DNA of 60,403 nucleotides, counting the filler, from Circinaria calcarea (lineage: Eukaryota), in NCBI GenBank assembly GCA_051942165.1. It is 5 parts of 5 records of this genome, joined end to end, with 100 filler letters (N's around TTAATTAATTAA, not from the genome) between each part and the next. Parts side by side here need not be neighbours in the genome. Positions count along the whole stretch, not along the records: positions 12,114 to 24,122 come from JAVECS010000618.1; positions 24,223 to 36,222 come from JAVECS010000619.1; 3 more parts are not named here. The stretch is one strand, 5' to 3'. Under the pieces are notes generated by a model. It did no database searches, had not been told where the DNA came from, and saw nothing but the letters and a program-made list of their open reading frames with translations. Made by a program: the position numbers and the translations under genes. This document shows positions 13,649 to 25,309 of the stretch, piece after piece (the first letter of the stretch is position 1; each line of letters starts with the position of its first letter).

Positions 13649-15298
13649 TTCGGCGTGAGAAGCAAGTCACTTTTGCCATGGTCAAACGGCCACATGAGAT
13701 TTGACGTGAACAGTTTCTTATATACCATCCCCCCAACTATACTCACCAAGCCCCCCAAGCTCTCCAAACTCATAGCATAGAATCCCCTTAAAACGGCCCG
13801 ATCAATCTTTTCTACCTTTTGTACACTACTGTACTGTATCGAAACGATGCGATAGTAGTACATTAACTATGCCAATGCCAATTCTAACGCTAATGCTCAT
13901 GCAAACACACCAATGAAGTCAATTGTGGCCATAGAGCCCGTCCCCAGAAATCTTCGTGCCAAATGCAATCGGGTAAAATACCTTTGAAAATATCCATGCA
14001 AAGTATGGGATCAGTAACAGAATCAACGTCCTTTAATATATTTTTTCCCCCTATATGGTCAACAAGACCCCGGACGGTCTTGAAAGTTGTTATATCATGG
14101 GCGTTGCAGGCTCTTGGATGCGAGGTTGGCGGTATATACGGCCTTCATTCTTCGGCGTTGGACAGATTATGGCGTTCTTTGGGATGTTGGGACAGATTGA
14201 TTAATCCTCTTGAATAGAATGGGTTGATTGACAGTGATACCCAGGATATCGATAATTAGGATCCGGGAATCAGGCGTGTGTAGAATTTTTAATGCGTCGA
14301 TTACTGAGTGAATGTCGTGAGAAATAGCATCGGAATAAGTGCAATGATCCTTTCTGTTCTCTGGGATCACTATATCCACAGCTTTCGAATACGGCGATGA
14401 TTCAAATGGCCAACTCATGATGGCGAAAAGCAAAGCTGCTGACAGTGACAGGGGACAGGTTGTGGAGCTTAGTCAGCACTTGCCTGTATTTAGTTTCCCC
14501 ACCACTCCTCTTAGACTTAGCAACACACCCAATCAACTCAGTCACTCTCCATAGTATCGTCCCTCTCTACATAGGGTCACAAGGTCATCCTTGGGGCTAG
14601 AAACCAGATTGCTAGAAATGATGTAGGGGTGTCGAGGGCTTGAGAGTAGGTTAGATTTTGCTGGTATGCCGCGATTTGATGATATAAGCTCAGGGGATTC
14701 AGCGAGTAGGGAAAATCGAAAGATCGGTTTTTTAAAACAAACGTTTCACCATTTATAAATCTCCTAAAGGACCAAAGCAAAATAAATGCCTTTGTTTTCT
14801 GCGCCGAACTAATCCTTACCTCAACAGACAAAGACCGATTTACATGCAGCCAAGTGCTGAAGAATATCGCGGCAATTGCGGGTTTCGGGCATGCTTCTGA
14901 GCACACACATAGAGAATACTCGAGATCGCCAATTGACAGTGTACCCGAATTTTTATCAATAGTTAAATAAATCGTGTCGTCAAGCGACTAGTGTAACTGG
15001 CGGAAAAATTCCAAGTATATGGGTGAGGGTCTGGTATAATAGGTGAAGTTGTCTGCTTGGGTCGTAGTATAGGTTTTCGAGTGGTCGTTTTCCGAGTGGA
15101 ATCTGGAATCAGTTGTTGTGTGGTCAAGGTTGCTTGGTCTTTCCTACACTAAAACTACTATCTTTTATATACATATCCCCACGGACCTCGGTCCTTCCGT
15201 GGAAGTCGCGGGGGGACCCAGTGACATCAGTACTCCCCAAATCCAGTGGTTCAGCCTCCTGGAGTCGAGCTCTGACACCACCTTTTTTGGGAGATCTT

Positions 15299-18200
15299 TT
15301 ATGTTGGAGTGCCTGTTTCGTTTTCTTTCGTAAGGGGGTAAGGAGCCGGTTGAGGAGAAGGTGCAGGTACGAATCGAGAAGACGAGGATTTTGTACCAGA
15401 CCTGGAACGGGGGACCACCGCTACGAGGTTTTCGCAGTACCGGCAGAAGAAAGCGCCAGCACGGGCAGAAGAAGCATCACGACCAGCCGGGAGCGCCGCG
15501 ACCAAACGCATTCCTACCATCAGCAGACAACCGGTCTATGAGACGCAACACCACGAGACGTAGTTGCTCTTTCTCTTTCTTGTGGGTCCTTTGTTGTCAG
15601 AGCCTCACTTTTCTCCTGATCACTTAGGGGTCGTTGTTGTTCATTTCGCTGAACACCTCTCCAGCGTTATCTCTCTTTTCAGATAATGAACTTGACTGTC
15701 TGGCCCCATTTCAGCTTCTCCTAAAACCCTGGCGGCAACTGTTTTCGGCGAGCATCAGCATTTACTCGCTTGGACAGTAATCCGATAGAGGGAGCCCCGG
15801 TGACAAGCTCGTTTGTTTGGGATTTTTATTGAGCTAGAACGTTTCTTCCAATAACTGCTCAGCAGCGGAAGGGTGAAGTCCCCAAGGTTCTAAATAGCCG
15901 TGGGCTAGGCGACATGTCTTTTCATCCTATAATCATCATCTGTGCAAACTACAATCTGATACTCGGAGTAAGACTCAGTAATGGACATGTTATTACTATG
16001 ACATAACTTACCGAATAGCCCAGGATCTCTGCTTGCGATATCCTGGACTTGTAGCATTCGCATGGCGGAGTACGAACCCAGTAAAATTCCCAGAGTCGCG
16101 CCTCCACACGATCGAAGCAAGTCTCTCTTGAAGTATTAGCCGGTAAGCATTTCTCCAAAAACCGCCAAAGACCATGGAAGACGCTCTTTCTTCCCGGAAA
16201 TACTAAACGCAGAGTTTTCCGACTGTATAGTAATGGGGTCTGATCTTGCACTTCACCCTCCTTCAACCCCCCAAATGCAGCTCGTATCATTTCGTATACT
16301 TTCTTCAATTTTTCCGTGGGTTGCAATATTCCCTGACCAACCCTCAAAAAAAAGAGAAAAGGGAGACGGCTAGTAACTTAGACATATTGATAAGAATGCA
16401 ATATTCTGCCTTGGAGTCTGCCTCTCCAGAGTAAATTCACGCATGCGGCTAATTCGCCAAAACTCTCACAAACCCTTTCTGTTTCTTTATGAGCCTCGTC
16501 CTGATCCCCGAAGCCCGTCTTTTGTGCAATTTATTCGTGCTGCTGCTCATCCACGCCGCGACTACATGAGGTGGGAAACCGAGGATATTATATAGTAAAG
16601 AGATTCGGGACGGGTGTACTCGTTCCTCAGCTGTCATGTCTCTGTACTTGCACGCAAGAGCTTCGTATGTGGTCAAATAACACCTGTGAACTGTCGTACA
16701 TGAATAGCCTCGAGCACTGTATTTACACATACGGATTTTCAGTTCGGTGCTGTTATAGCCGGCCCCAGGTATAGTTCTCTTATCCATCACAGATTGTGTA
16801 TACGCCATAATGACGAGTAAAATGCGTTCGGTGAGGCTAAGGATATGTATGCCTCGGAGGTTTACTGGGATTTCAACCCGAGGTATCTCTTCAGGCGAGA
16901 CGGTATTAGGAAGAACTTTGACGTGTCTGCTCGTGAGTATCCGCCGGATAGATATAATATTATTATTGCACCGTGCTAGCGCCGGAGCAAAATGTTGTAA
17001 CAATTAATCAATCGGGACGACATGCAGCCAGCTCCCGCAATTGAAAAACCGAGCTATATGTTAAGTTATCTGGGTAAAATGTTGCAAATCTTTATATTTT
17101 CCCTCCTGTGTTATGTTACCAGCCCCACTATCCTTTCCCGGAAGTCCTCCGTCTCCGATATCTCCTGGTTCTTCCTTTCATGCTCTCTACAAGCGCGAGG
17201 GTGGGGAAAGTCGATCCACGTCGACAGCAGAGCTATACACTCGATATGTGATTTTATTTCCTTGTGAGTCCTAAGTTCTGTTATATTATATCCCTTCAAC
17301 TACACTCGGGTGTATCACAACTGAGTGTATAGGCCTTATAGTAACAAGCCAGGTAAGTGCGTACCGCACCAATTTTTTGTACTAGGCTGACTTTTGAGAG
17401 TCTGAATGCAGCAGTCAATCGGGCACGTATAGACGTCAGTCTGGATGGCATGATGAGCGAAATGATAGGTCCTCTCATCAGTGTTCGAGAAAGTTGACTC
17501 CAGTCAATCTTACCACACCTGACTAGATCCCCGATCATGACAGGCTCAAGTACTAGGGTGTATTGGCGAGGCCCATGGTAATTAGCAAACTGACTTTCCG
17601 AAAACTCTATTTGCTCGCCGGGTAACGGTCGTGTATTTCTTTTCAATGATGAGCTTGATTCCATTGGATTCGCAGCCATTAATAAAGTAATTTTACTTCC
17701 GTATTCCGCAATACATCGCGAACTGGGCAAAGAAATCAAAGGAGAGGTCGAAATAGGAACTAGTACAAAAGTGTTTTTATGCTTCAGTACAAGCGCTTGA
17801 GGATTTTGTTTGGAAAATGTTAGTGGCCCTGTTCGTAGCAAGCTTCCCAGCTTGTCCTCTTCCCTTTTCGCCAGCGATAGCTAGGATAGTATCCCGGTTC
17901 AACCATTCTGTGAAATCGGATAAATAACAGTATGTATAACCGAAGGGCAGCCCCTGATCATTCGTGCAGAATAAACATCTCTTTACTATGATCAAAACCT
18001 TCGCCAACGACTGTCGATATAATTCGAGGTACTCGGTATAGGCATAAACAGGTGGCCCTAATAAGGGTATCCACAAACCGGTTTTGGAAAATATATTGAT
18101 TATGTCCATTTTATGATGCCAACGGAACGATCAAGGGCCCGACAGTGAAAGATTCTGTAGATCGTGAACTTAACTGTTGATCCCTCTAAGGGCTTTGATA

Positions 18201-18448
18201 AAGGCTTTGCTCTCACTCTTAGTGAAGAATTTGGCGGTGAAACGGGGAAATAATCGGCTATCTCCACTTCCAATACGCCCAATGCTACTACTGAAACAGG
18301 TTGGCTTGGATTTGACTGCAGTTGACTTCGTCATATCCTCTAGCTTCTGAAATTTCGCGGCACTTCTTATTTGGGCAATACAGAGCCGGAGGGGCCGGCG
18401 GCAATCTCCCGCTATCTGCTCTTCTCTTGCAGTGCTGGCGTCTGCCAT
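15299..18448 (-). pseudogene. Probable decayed large gene of unknown family
   Basis: Chain of co-oriented, abutting or overlapping minus-strand ORFs (18170-18448, 17777-18109, 17296-17841, 17111-17299, 16449-17003, 15949-16347, 15299-15520) with protein-like composition; no family recognised. Confidence 0.35.
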
Positions 18449-19210
18449 TGTGGTGCGCAGAAGTTGTATTATTAATAGATAATCAGGTTAAAGATAGAGT
18501 CTTTGACTAGTTAAAAGATTCTTATTTGATCTGACCCTTTTGAAGCGTGAGAGGACCTACACCTGAAGAATACACAGCGTGAGCAGAAACCGTCGCCTCC
18601 GCTAAGGGGAACCTGGACGAACCAGGAGGATTCGTGGAAAATCGTGTCGAAGCCACAAGGTTTTACAGACGTTTTGCAGACAGACGTAGCATCTCGTTGG
18701 ATGCTTATTGACTAGAAAGGATGTCGAGCTCTGCTTCGCCGTCTTAGTATAATGTCTCGTATGCTGGTTATTCATCGTGCGAACTGTATTTGCTTGGGTG
18801 GTGTGACGCGTTTCAGGCATAAGAAACCTGGGCAGGTTTATAAGGATCCTCATATATACGCAAGATTTCTAGGCTCATAGAAAATAGCATGAATGATCGT
18901 GACAGCCCATACGAATCTCATTCTGCTAGATAGCCATAAAGACAATATCAAACAGTGAATTGAGTAAGTCACAAGGTCGAGTGGATAGATAATTATTCTA
19001 CTCAAAGTTGTCACTGAGCATTCGCTGAGAACAAGAGTCTTCCACCAAAATTTTGAGGTACCTACAGGCTGTCAGTTGATGGTGATGCGTCTCAAGATAG
19101 CACACTGGAACGTTACCAAACGCGGCACGCAAACGGATCCAAGTCACAACTGTATTCTCCCAAGTTTCCTTTCTTCATGATCTCGTTTCATGGTATCCGT
19201 CTTCTTTTCC

Positions 19211-20303
19211 TTATATTGACACGTCCCTACTCAGACTCGACACTTTTTCCTTCACCCAAGGTATCATCTCGCCCTTCGTGCCATCCCATCTCCAAACTCC
19301 CCCATTCCCAACGTTGTACTGGTAGTAATTTTCTGTTCCATACTTTACCATAGCCTTACGGAATGTAATGTTGATCCTCCCCTTGTCACTGTCTCCGCCT
19401 TTTCGTTTTGGTATACTATGTAGCCAATTAGATTGTGTAGGTCCTCTCATCAGCACCATATCGCCGCTTGCTAAAGTTAACTTCAATGGCTTCTCATTAG
19501 CAGTTACTGGTGTTAGATCTTTCACGCTCGGGGGTGTAGGCTTGTGCTTCATGAGAAAGTCTCGTTTCGCGCCCAAGGAGAATGATGCAATTGAGGGTTT
19601 GGGGCCCAGGAAACGCTCATCATCACTGTGGTAAGATATACTGTCGGCGCCTGTAGCGTAGTAATTCACGAGGCAGAAGTTGTAAGAGGAAGAGGTAAAG
19701 ATTTCGGTGATTTTGCGGAGCTCATCGAGACAATGGGGGATAGGACGTGGCTTGCAGGTTGGATATTTGTTCGAAGGTATGGGCTTAGATGTTTGCGTAT
19801 CTATGAGTGAGCCGTCTGGGGCAAATCGAGAAGTTTCATCAACACCGAATACAGTCGTACTAAGAGGGTTTAGTGAATGCACTCAAAATCGTTTGTCAAG
19901 CGGCAGGACAATAGGGTTCTTACTATCGTGGAGTATTAATTTGTGTTTCCACAGGTCCTCTCTTGACTTTGTATTGTACTCTGTAGAAGAATAACTCCTG
20001 CCTTAAGAATTCAAAGAGTTGTTTCTCTATGCTTTTCGGGATATATGGTTGGAAGTAGAGTAGGTCAAGGTCCGGCTGATCGTTGATCTCCTTGCCTTCC
20101 GCAGCAGGGACTTCTGACAATCCGCTTGCAATTTGAGATGGGAAATGAGGGATACTGTAGGGATATGTAGGATGATTATCATACGGGATGGCCAAGTGGG
20201 TACCTGCGTCTGTGTTTGGCTTCGGAGTTTGGTCGCTGGCAACGCGGGCTTTCTTTGGAGCTGTCGATTGGAAAAAAGTATCAAGAGTGCGCTTCTTGGA
20301 CAT
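19211..20303 (-). CDS. AlkB-family (ALKBH2/3-like) 2OG-Fe(II) dioxygenase (intron 19860-19923)
   Basis: YNFCLVNYY, HSDDE (HxD), IASFSLGAKRDF, WLHSIPK (distal His), RINITFR (2OG-binding Arg residues). Confidence 0.92.
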
Positions 20304-22075
20304 GCTGGCCAAATTTGTTCGTAGATGTTACACGCTATTTACATATTTGCAGCGGTAGTTGGTCACAGAAATTACAGCGACTTAAACATACGTACTTCCC
20401 TCCATTCAAAGAAAACGAGGAGCCATGACGTCATCAAACACGTCGCGTACTTCGTAAATGAATGGATTTGGTTGATTTAGGGTTTAGGTTCGTCAAGCAC
20501 AACCCACCCTTGATATATGCGATGCTCGGAGTGCAATGTCCAAACTGTCTATACAGACTTCCTACACATTGTCCCACCCAGAATTACCCGCAAAAGTAAG
20601 GCGGCACGGTCATCTAGGAGCAGTGTATAATAAAGAGTTTTCCTGGTAAACTTTTGCATACCTACGGTAGGGGAAGCTACTCCTTTCTCTTACTCCGAGT
20701 CTACACCATCTTATCTCCCTTTCCTCCCCGCTCGTCCCCCATCTCGTTTCACTCCTTTCCTCGCTCCAATTTTTCTCCTTTACACCCCTCCCGTTCTCGC
20801 TTCATTCCTCTCACCACCACGATACCAGATGAAGGATACACATAGACCATCACCAGCTTCGACCTTTACCATATCATACAGATGAACATCCGCCAAGAGC
20901 ACCAAAAATAACTAAAAGTATCCAATTGTAGTTCTACATCCGTGCTCTCCATCGAAGCATCGTTTTGCTAGTATATCCGCCAATCTCCAGGTGAGGTTTA
21001 GGGATGTCACGAGATGAGGAAAATATTGGGAAAAGGAAAACATGGTGGATTTCAGAGCAAATAGGGGCTTAATAGATAGGGAAACAAGGCCTAGACTAAT
21101 ATTACTACAAAAAGCGAGCTCTTATTCTTTGTTATGTAGGTAACCTTGCTCGGTGGTGTGCCGCAGAGCTTTCTAGAAGCTCTGGCTGGCCTTATAATAT
21201 ACGTCTGGCCTTGACGAGAGGCCAGTAAAATCCGTCTCTGAACAGACTGAGTATAAATGAATACGGAATGAGTCCCATATATCTGATAGCATGTTGTAGG
21301 CATGGAACGTTACAAAAGCACGAAAGATAGTGAGGGTCGAGTTCTGGCAAAGAAAATCGGTAAGGGGTTGTGACGGTAACACTAAGGACAGAGAGTCTTT
21401 AGGGGAGAGTCTCCAGGGTTAATTCTCGACCAGAGGATGTAGAGAGCTCTTCATTTGTACTGTTAATCCTGGCATTGGCGGTATAGGAGAGAGAGCGATC
21501 TATTTCCGTGAGGAAATCTTGCTACAACTAATGTAAATACGCTGACATGCCCTAAGAATTCCTTTTAGGAATAGCAAAGTCCCAGTGTGAGAGAAAAACG
21601 GTACGTTTCAGCTAGCTTCTTGGTCTTTTTTTAAAAGCAACGTTCTTTTAAACGCTGGTAACCAACGTAGTTAAAACTGTGGGTAGCTGACGGTACGAGC
21701 TCAGGAGACTGGTTGACGGGATCAAACGATCTATGTGATGCCACAACGTGATTCTCCAACATGACCCACGGGGTTGACAAGAGGAAATGTTAAATCGAAA
21801 TAGCCTACACAGATAATATCGCAGTATTCTCTTCAGTCTTCCGGTGAACATAAAACCTAGCTCGGGACTCTTCCAAACCTATCTGCGAAACTTCTACACA
21901 CCCACGAAACCAGCCACCTACATTGTTGTGGAAACGAGCTTCATCCGTCACGATAAGTGACTTCCTTCATCCATTTCAACTTGGAGTCAGATCCGTCAAG
22001 ACACGGCAGTCGCTTTGTACCTTTGACACAAGTGACTCACGATCTTGAGACTAAAGAAGTTCTTGAATTGACAAT

Positions 22076-23091
22076 ATGGACAATCAAGACGGGAAAAGCA
22101 TAACCAAGGGTGTAAGCGCTATTGGTAAGTGTTTGAATGGAAATAGCTCAAAGCGCGTACTAGTAACTGATATATTTGTATGTTAGCTATAGCAGAAGGG
22201 GTTTATCTAGCCACGGCACTTCCAATGGGAGCTACTTTATTTGGCTTTACCTCGATAGCAGACCTGATCGAAGGCGAGGATCAAGAGCATGGGGGCAAAA
22301 TTTCAGTTCCTATGGAACAAGCTGCTGAATTGATTGGTGACTCGAATAGTCGAGGCTGTCAGAGCACTTCTGGGCAATCCTTTCAATTGACAGTGCGTCC
22401 TAAAGACGCTGGACTAGAAACGTCAATCAATGGGTTCGATCCTCCGATAAATTTATGCACCAGAACGCGCCCGGGGTCAATAGGGCAATGTTGGAGTGAA
22501 AGCTCATCAGCAAAGGAGCCGTTCGCGGAGAAGCGGATGATTTCGGTACTGTTCTCCCTTAAATCCCAGTATTGAATTCATAGAGTAGATTGCTCATGAA
22601 CCACGATAGTCTGGAGCGAGCTCTGTATTGTCAAGCAGCTTAGGGAAGAGGAAGTCTTTCGCGGCGTCATTTTCAGTATACGCACCCGAAGAAAGTGATT
22701 GACTTAAGCTAAGATTTGTTTAGAACGACTGGGATGACGATGAGGAAGAGATTACCAACCAGGTGATGCTGCTTGCCCTTCGACCTTGGTGTCCAATTGA
22801 AGCTAACATGATCATAGCCGACCAACGAGAAGATCACGGACCCAGAATTGCAGAAGGAGATGATGGAGAATCGTACTATCTTGGGATTCAGCGTACGATG
22901 TGATTCGCAATTACTGATTGATAAGCAATCACTGAGCTGATCGTACTCTACAGAATCCTCGTGGGCTTAAGGAGCCTCCGTTCAAGTATGTCCGCTTGCC
23001 GGATATCAATCCTTTTGCGAAAGACTCCGATCGGTGCCGCGTCAATGCTTTCAAGTGGAAGAGTTGGAAAGAGTTCAGAGAGATGAGATGA
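22076..23091 (+). pseudogene. Multi-exon orphan gene or pseudogene
   Basis: Canonical-looking introns 22125-22186, 22763-22817 and 22893-22953; splicing gives in-frame DDEEEITNQ|PTNEKITDPELQKEMMENRTILGFS|NPRGLKEPPFKYVRLPDINPF; upstream phases do not all join. Confidence 0.45.
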
Positions 23092-23732
23092 TTCATTTTG
23101 CTGGATGAAATGCGAAAGTAAAGGAGCTGTTTCTCGGTCATGTACATCTGTCCTCAGGGAAGCTTGTAAACTACCGCAGAAACGCATTTCCTTCACAACC
23201 TAACAGAACGACTATTAGGGGATTGTACGACGAACATGAGTACAGTTCCGCAGAGCCGGCGAGAAATACATGTATGATAGAGATGCCCTTTGCTATGAAA
23301 ATCAAAGTCCATGCTGAAGAGTCCCATAAGAATCATTTGAGGAGAGGTACTAGGAACGGGGACTATTCTATCCAGTGGTACTACACAATTGATGTAGAAT
23401 AGAATGAGTCTTCAGACAAATTGATACAGACCGCTTGAGCTCTTTGAGTGATTGCAATCTACATATACCTTCCATACAGTAGTGGGTGGTGCAGCAAGTA
23501 TCTAACCCGATCGGACATCCTTACCACCTCATGACTTTACCTTTACTCTGATAGGTCAATCAAGCAAAGACCTCGGTACTTCAAAGAGCCGCGAGATCTA
23601 CCGGCTAGCGCATTATCTCACTATCCTCCATTCGACCCGTACTGTCTACATGTATTCTTTACGATCACGCCTCCATCGCCATCAGCTTGACATTCGACTC
23701 TTTCCTCTCCTACACGTCTTGCATACTACACG

Positions 23733-24122
23733 ATGAGTACTCTGGGTCTGCGCAGGCTCGCATCAAAGCCGAACGTCAGTAGACAGTCCGCTCCTTTGTC
23801 CCTCGAGAGGGGCAAAGTTACTGATACACGAGTAGTCTCTCAAGTCCTCCAGACGATTGTTCTCCTCTACTAGACCGGCAGCACGCATAATAACGAACCA
23901 GCCTCTACGAGCCAAGGAAGCCTCACCTTTCGTCTCTAGCAAGTACCCAGTCATTGTGAGCCTACAAACCCCGCCATAACCAACAACACGTCTAACGAAC
24001 CACAGGACCATGAGTATGACGCTGTCGTCGTTGGTGCTGGTGGATCAGGCCTACGGGCAGCGTTCGGACTGGCAGAAGCAGGATTCAATACAGCATGCAT
24101 ATCAAAGCTTTTCCCCACACGG
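23733..24122 (+). CDS. SDH1: Succinate dehydrogenase flavoprotein subunit, 5' part only
   Basis: Mitochondrial presequence, two introns, then [39 protein letters not shown] up to the contig end. Confidence 0.93.
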
Positions 24123-24222
24123 NNNNNNNNNNNNNNNNNNNNNNNNNNNNNNNNNNNNNNNNNNNNTTAATTAATTAANNNNNNNNNNNNNNNNNNNNNN
24201 NNNNNNNNNNNNNNNNNNNNNN
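24123..24222. other. Artificial contig spacer
   Basis: 44 N + TTAATTAATTAA + 44 N. Confidence 0.98.
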
Positions 24223-24331
24223 CTCCCCCTCCCCCCCAAAAATCTAACCCGCAGGGGTTTTTCCGCAGATGGGGAGAAAGGCAATTTGCTGATTAGAGAG
24301 AGGGGGTTTTTACCCTCCGTTTTTCTTACAG

Positions 24332-24994
24332 AAAACCGACCTCCGCGAAGTCAAGCCGCGCATTTCGAGGACCAAAGGCCATCTGAGCAAGCGCACGGCG
24401 TTTGTGCGGGAGATTGTCAAGGAGGTGTCTGGGTACGTTTTTTCATGGTTAATGCACTCCCGCGTGTTCACAAGCTACGATTGTGATTTGGAGACCTGGA
24501 GTTTTTTTTGGCCTTGGAGAGTCTTGGGGGAGTTTGTTATACGAATTGGTGGAAGAGAGGGGGGGGAGGACGACATTGATATTATCATGCGAAGAGAATG
24601 CGGGTTTTTTTTGGGGGGGGAACTGGGAACCCGATGCTAATTCTATTCTGTTTCTTTGCTTGGATGGCAATAGACTCGCGCCCTACGAACGCCGTGTCAT
24701 CGAACTCCTCCGCAACAGCAAGGACAAGCGCGCGAGGAAGCTGGCGAAGAAACGGGTGAGTTTTTTCGTTTCCCGACATCTCTCCATCTCTTAGAACACT
24801 ACACGGGGAGTCTATTCCGCAAATTCGACCAGTGGTTCCCCATCTACCAAATGTTCTTGCGGTCAGGGTACATTTTGGCGGCGCTGACATCTCTCTCTTC
24901 CCTTCATCAGCTCGGGACATTTGGCCGCGCGAAGCGAAAGGTCGACGAGTTGCAGCGAGTGATTGCCGAGTCGAGGAGGGCCGGTGCTCATTAA
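24332..24994 (+). CDS. RPL36: 60S ribosomal protein L36 (eL36), 5'-truncated, 3 exons visible
   Basis: [81 protein letters not shown]. Confidence 0.96.
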
Positions 24995-25309
24995 GGAAAT
25001 CATGCGGGGAAATGAGGAGAGTCGAGTGCGGGAAGGTGGTTTCAAACATCGGGCAGTTACGGTTGTTGCTAGAAGACAGCTTACATACAATCTGTAGGCT
25101 GATGTAGCCAAACTACGGAGCTTCTTCTGCCTTGAGATTGGAAAGTTTGCATGCGGGCATTGTCTGCATTGATTTCTATCAACGCAAATCGCTAATATGC
25201 CCAACTGCAACCTGCTTTCCTCCCGGCCAACACCGAACGTAGTCATCGTGATTTTGGTCTTTTCGTCATCTACCGTTAATCATCCAAGCATCGAGGAAAC
25301 GTCCTGTTT

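Noticed and set aside
24433..24910. Intronic snoRNA in the longer RPL36 introns
   Set aside because: Only weak hairpins; no convincing paired C/D or H/ACA boxes
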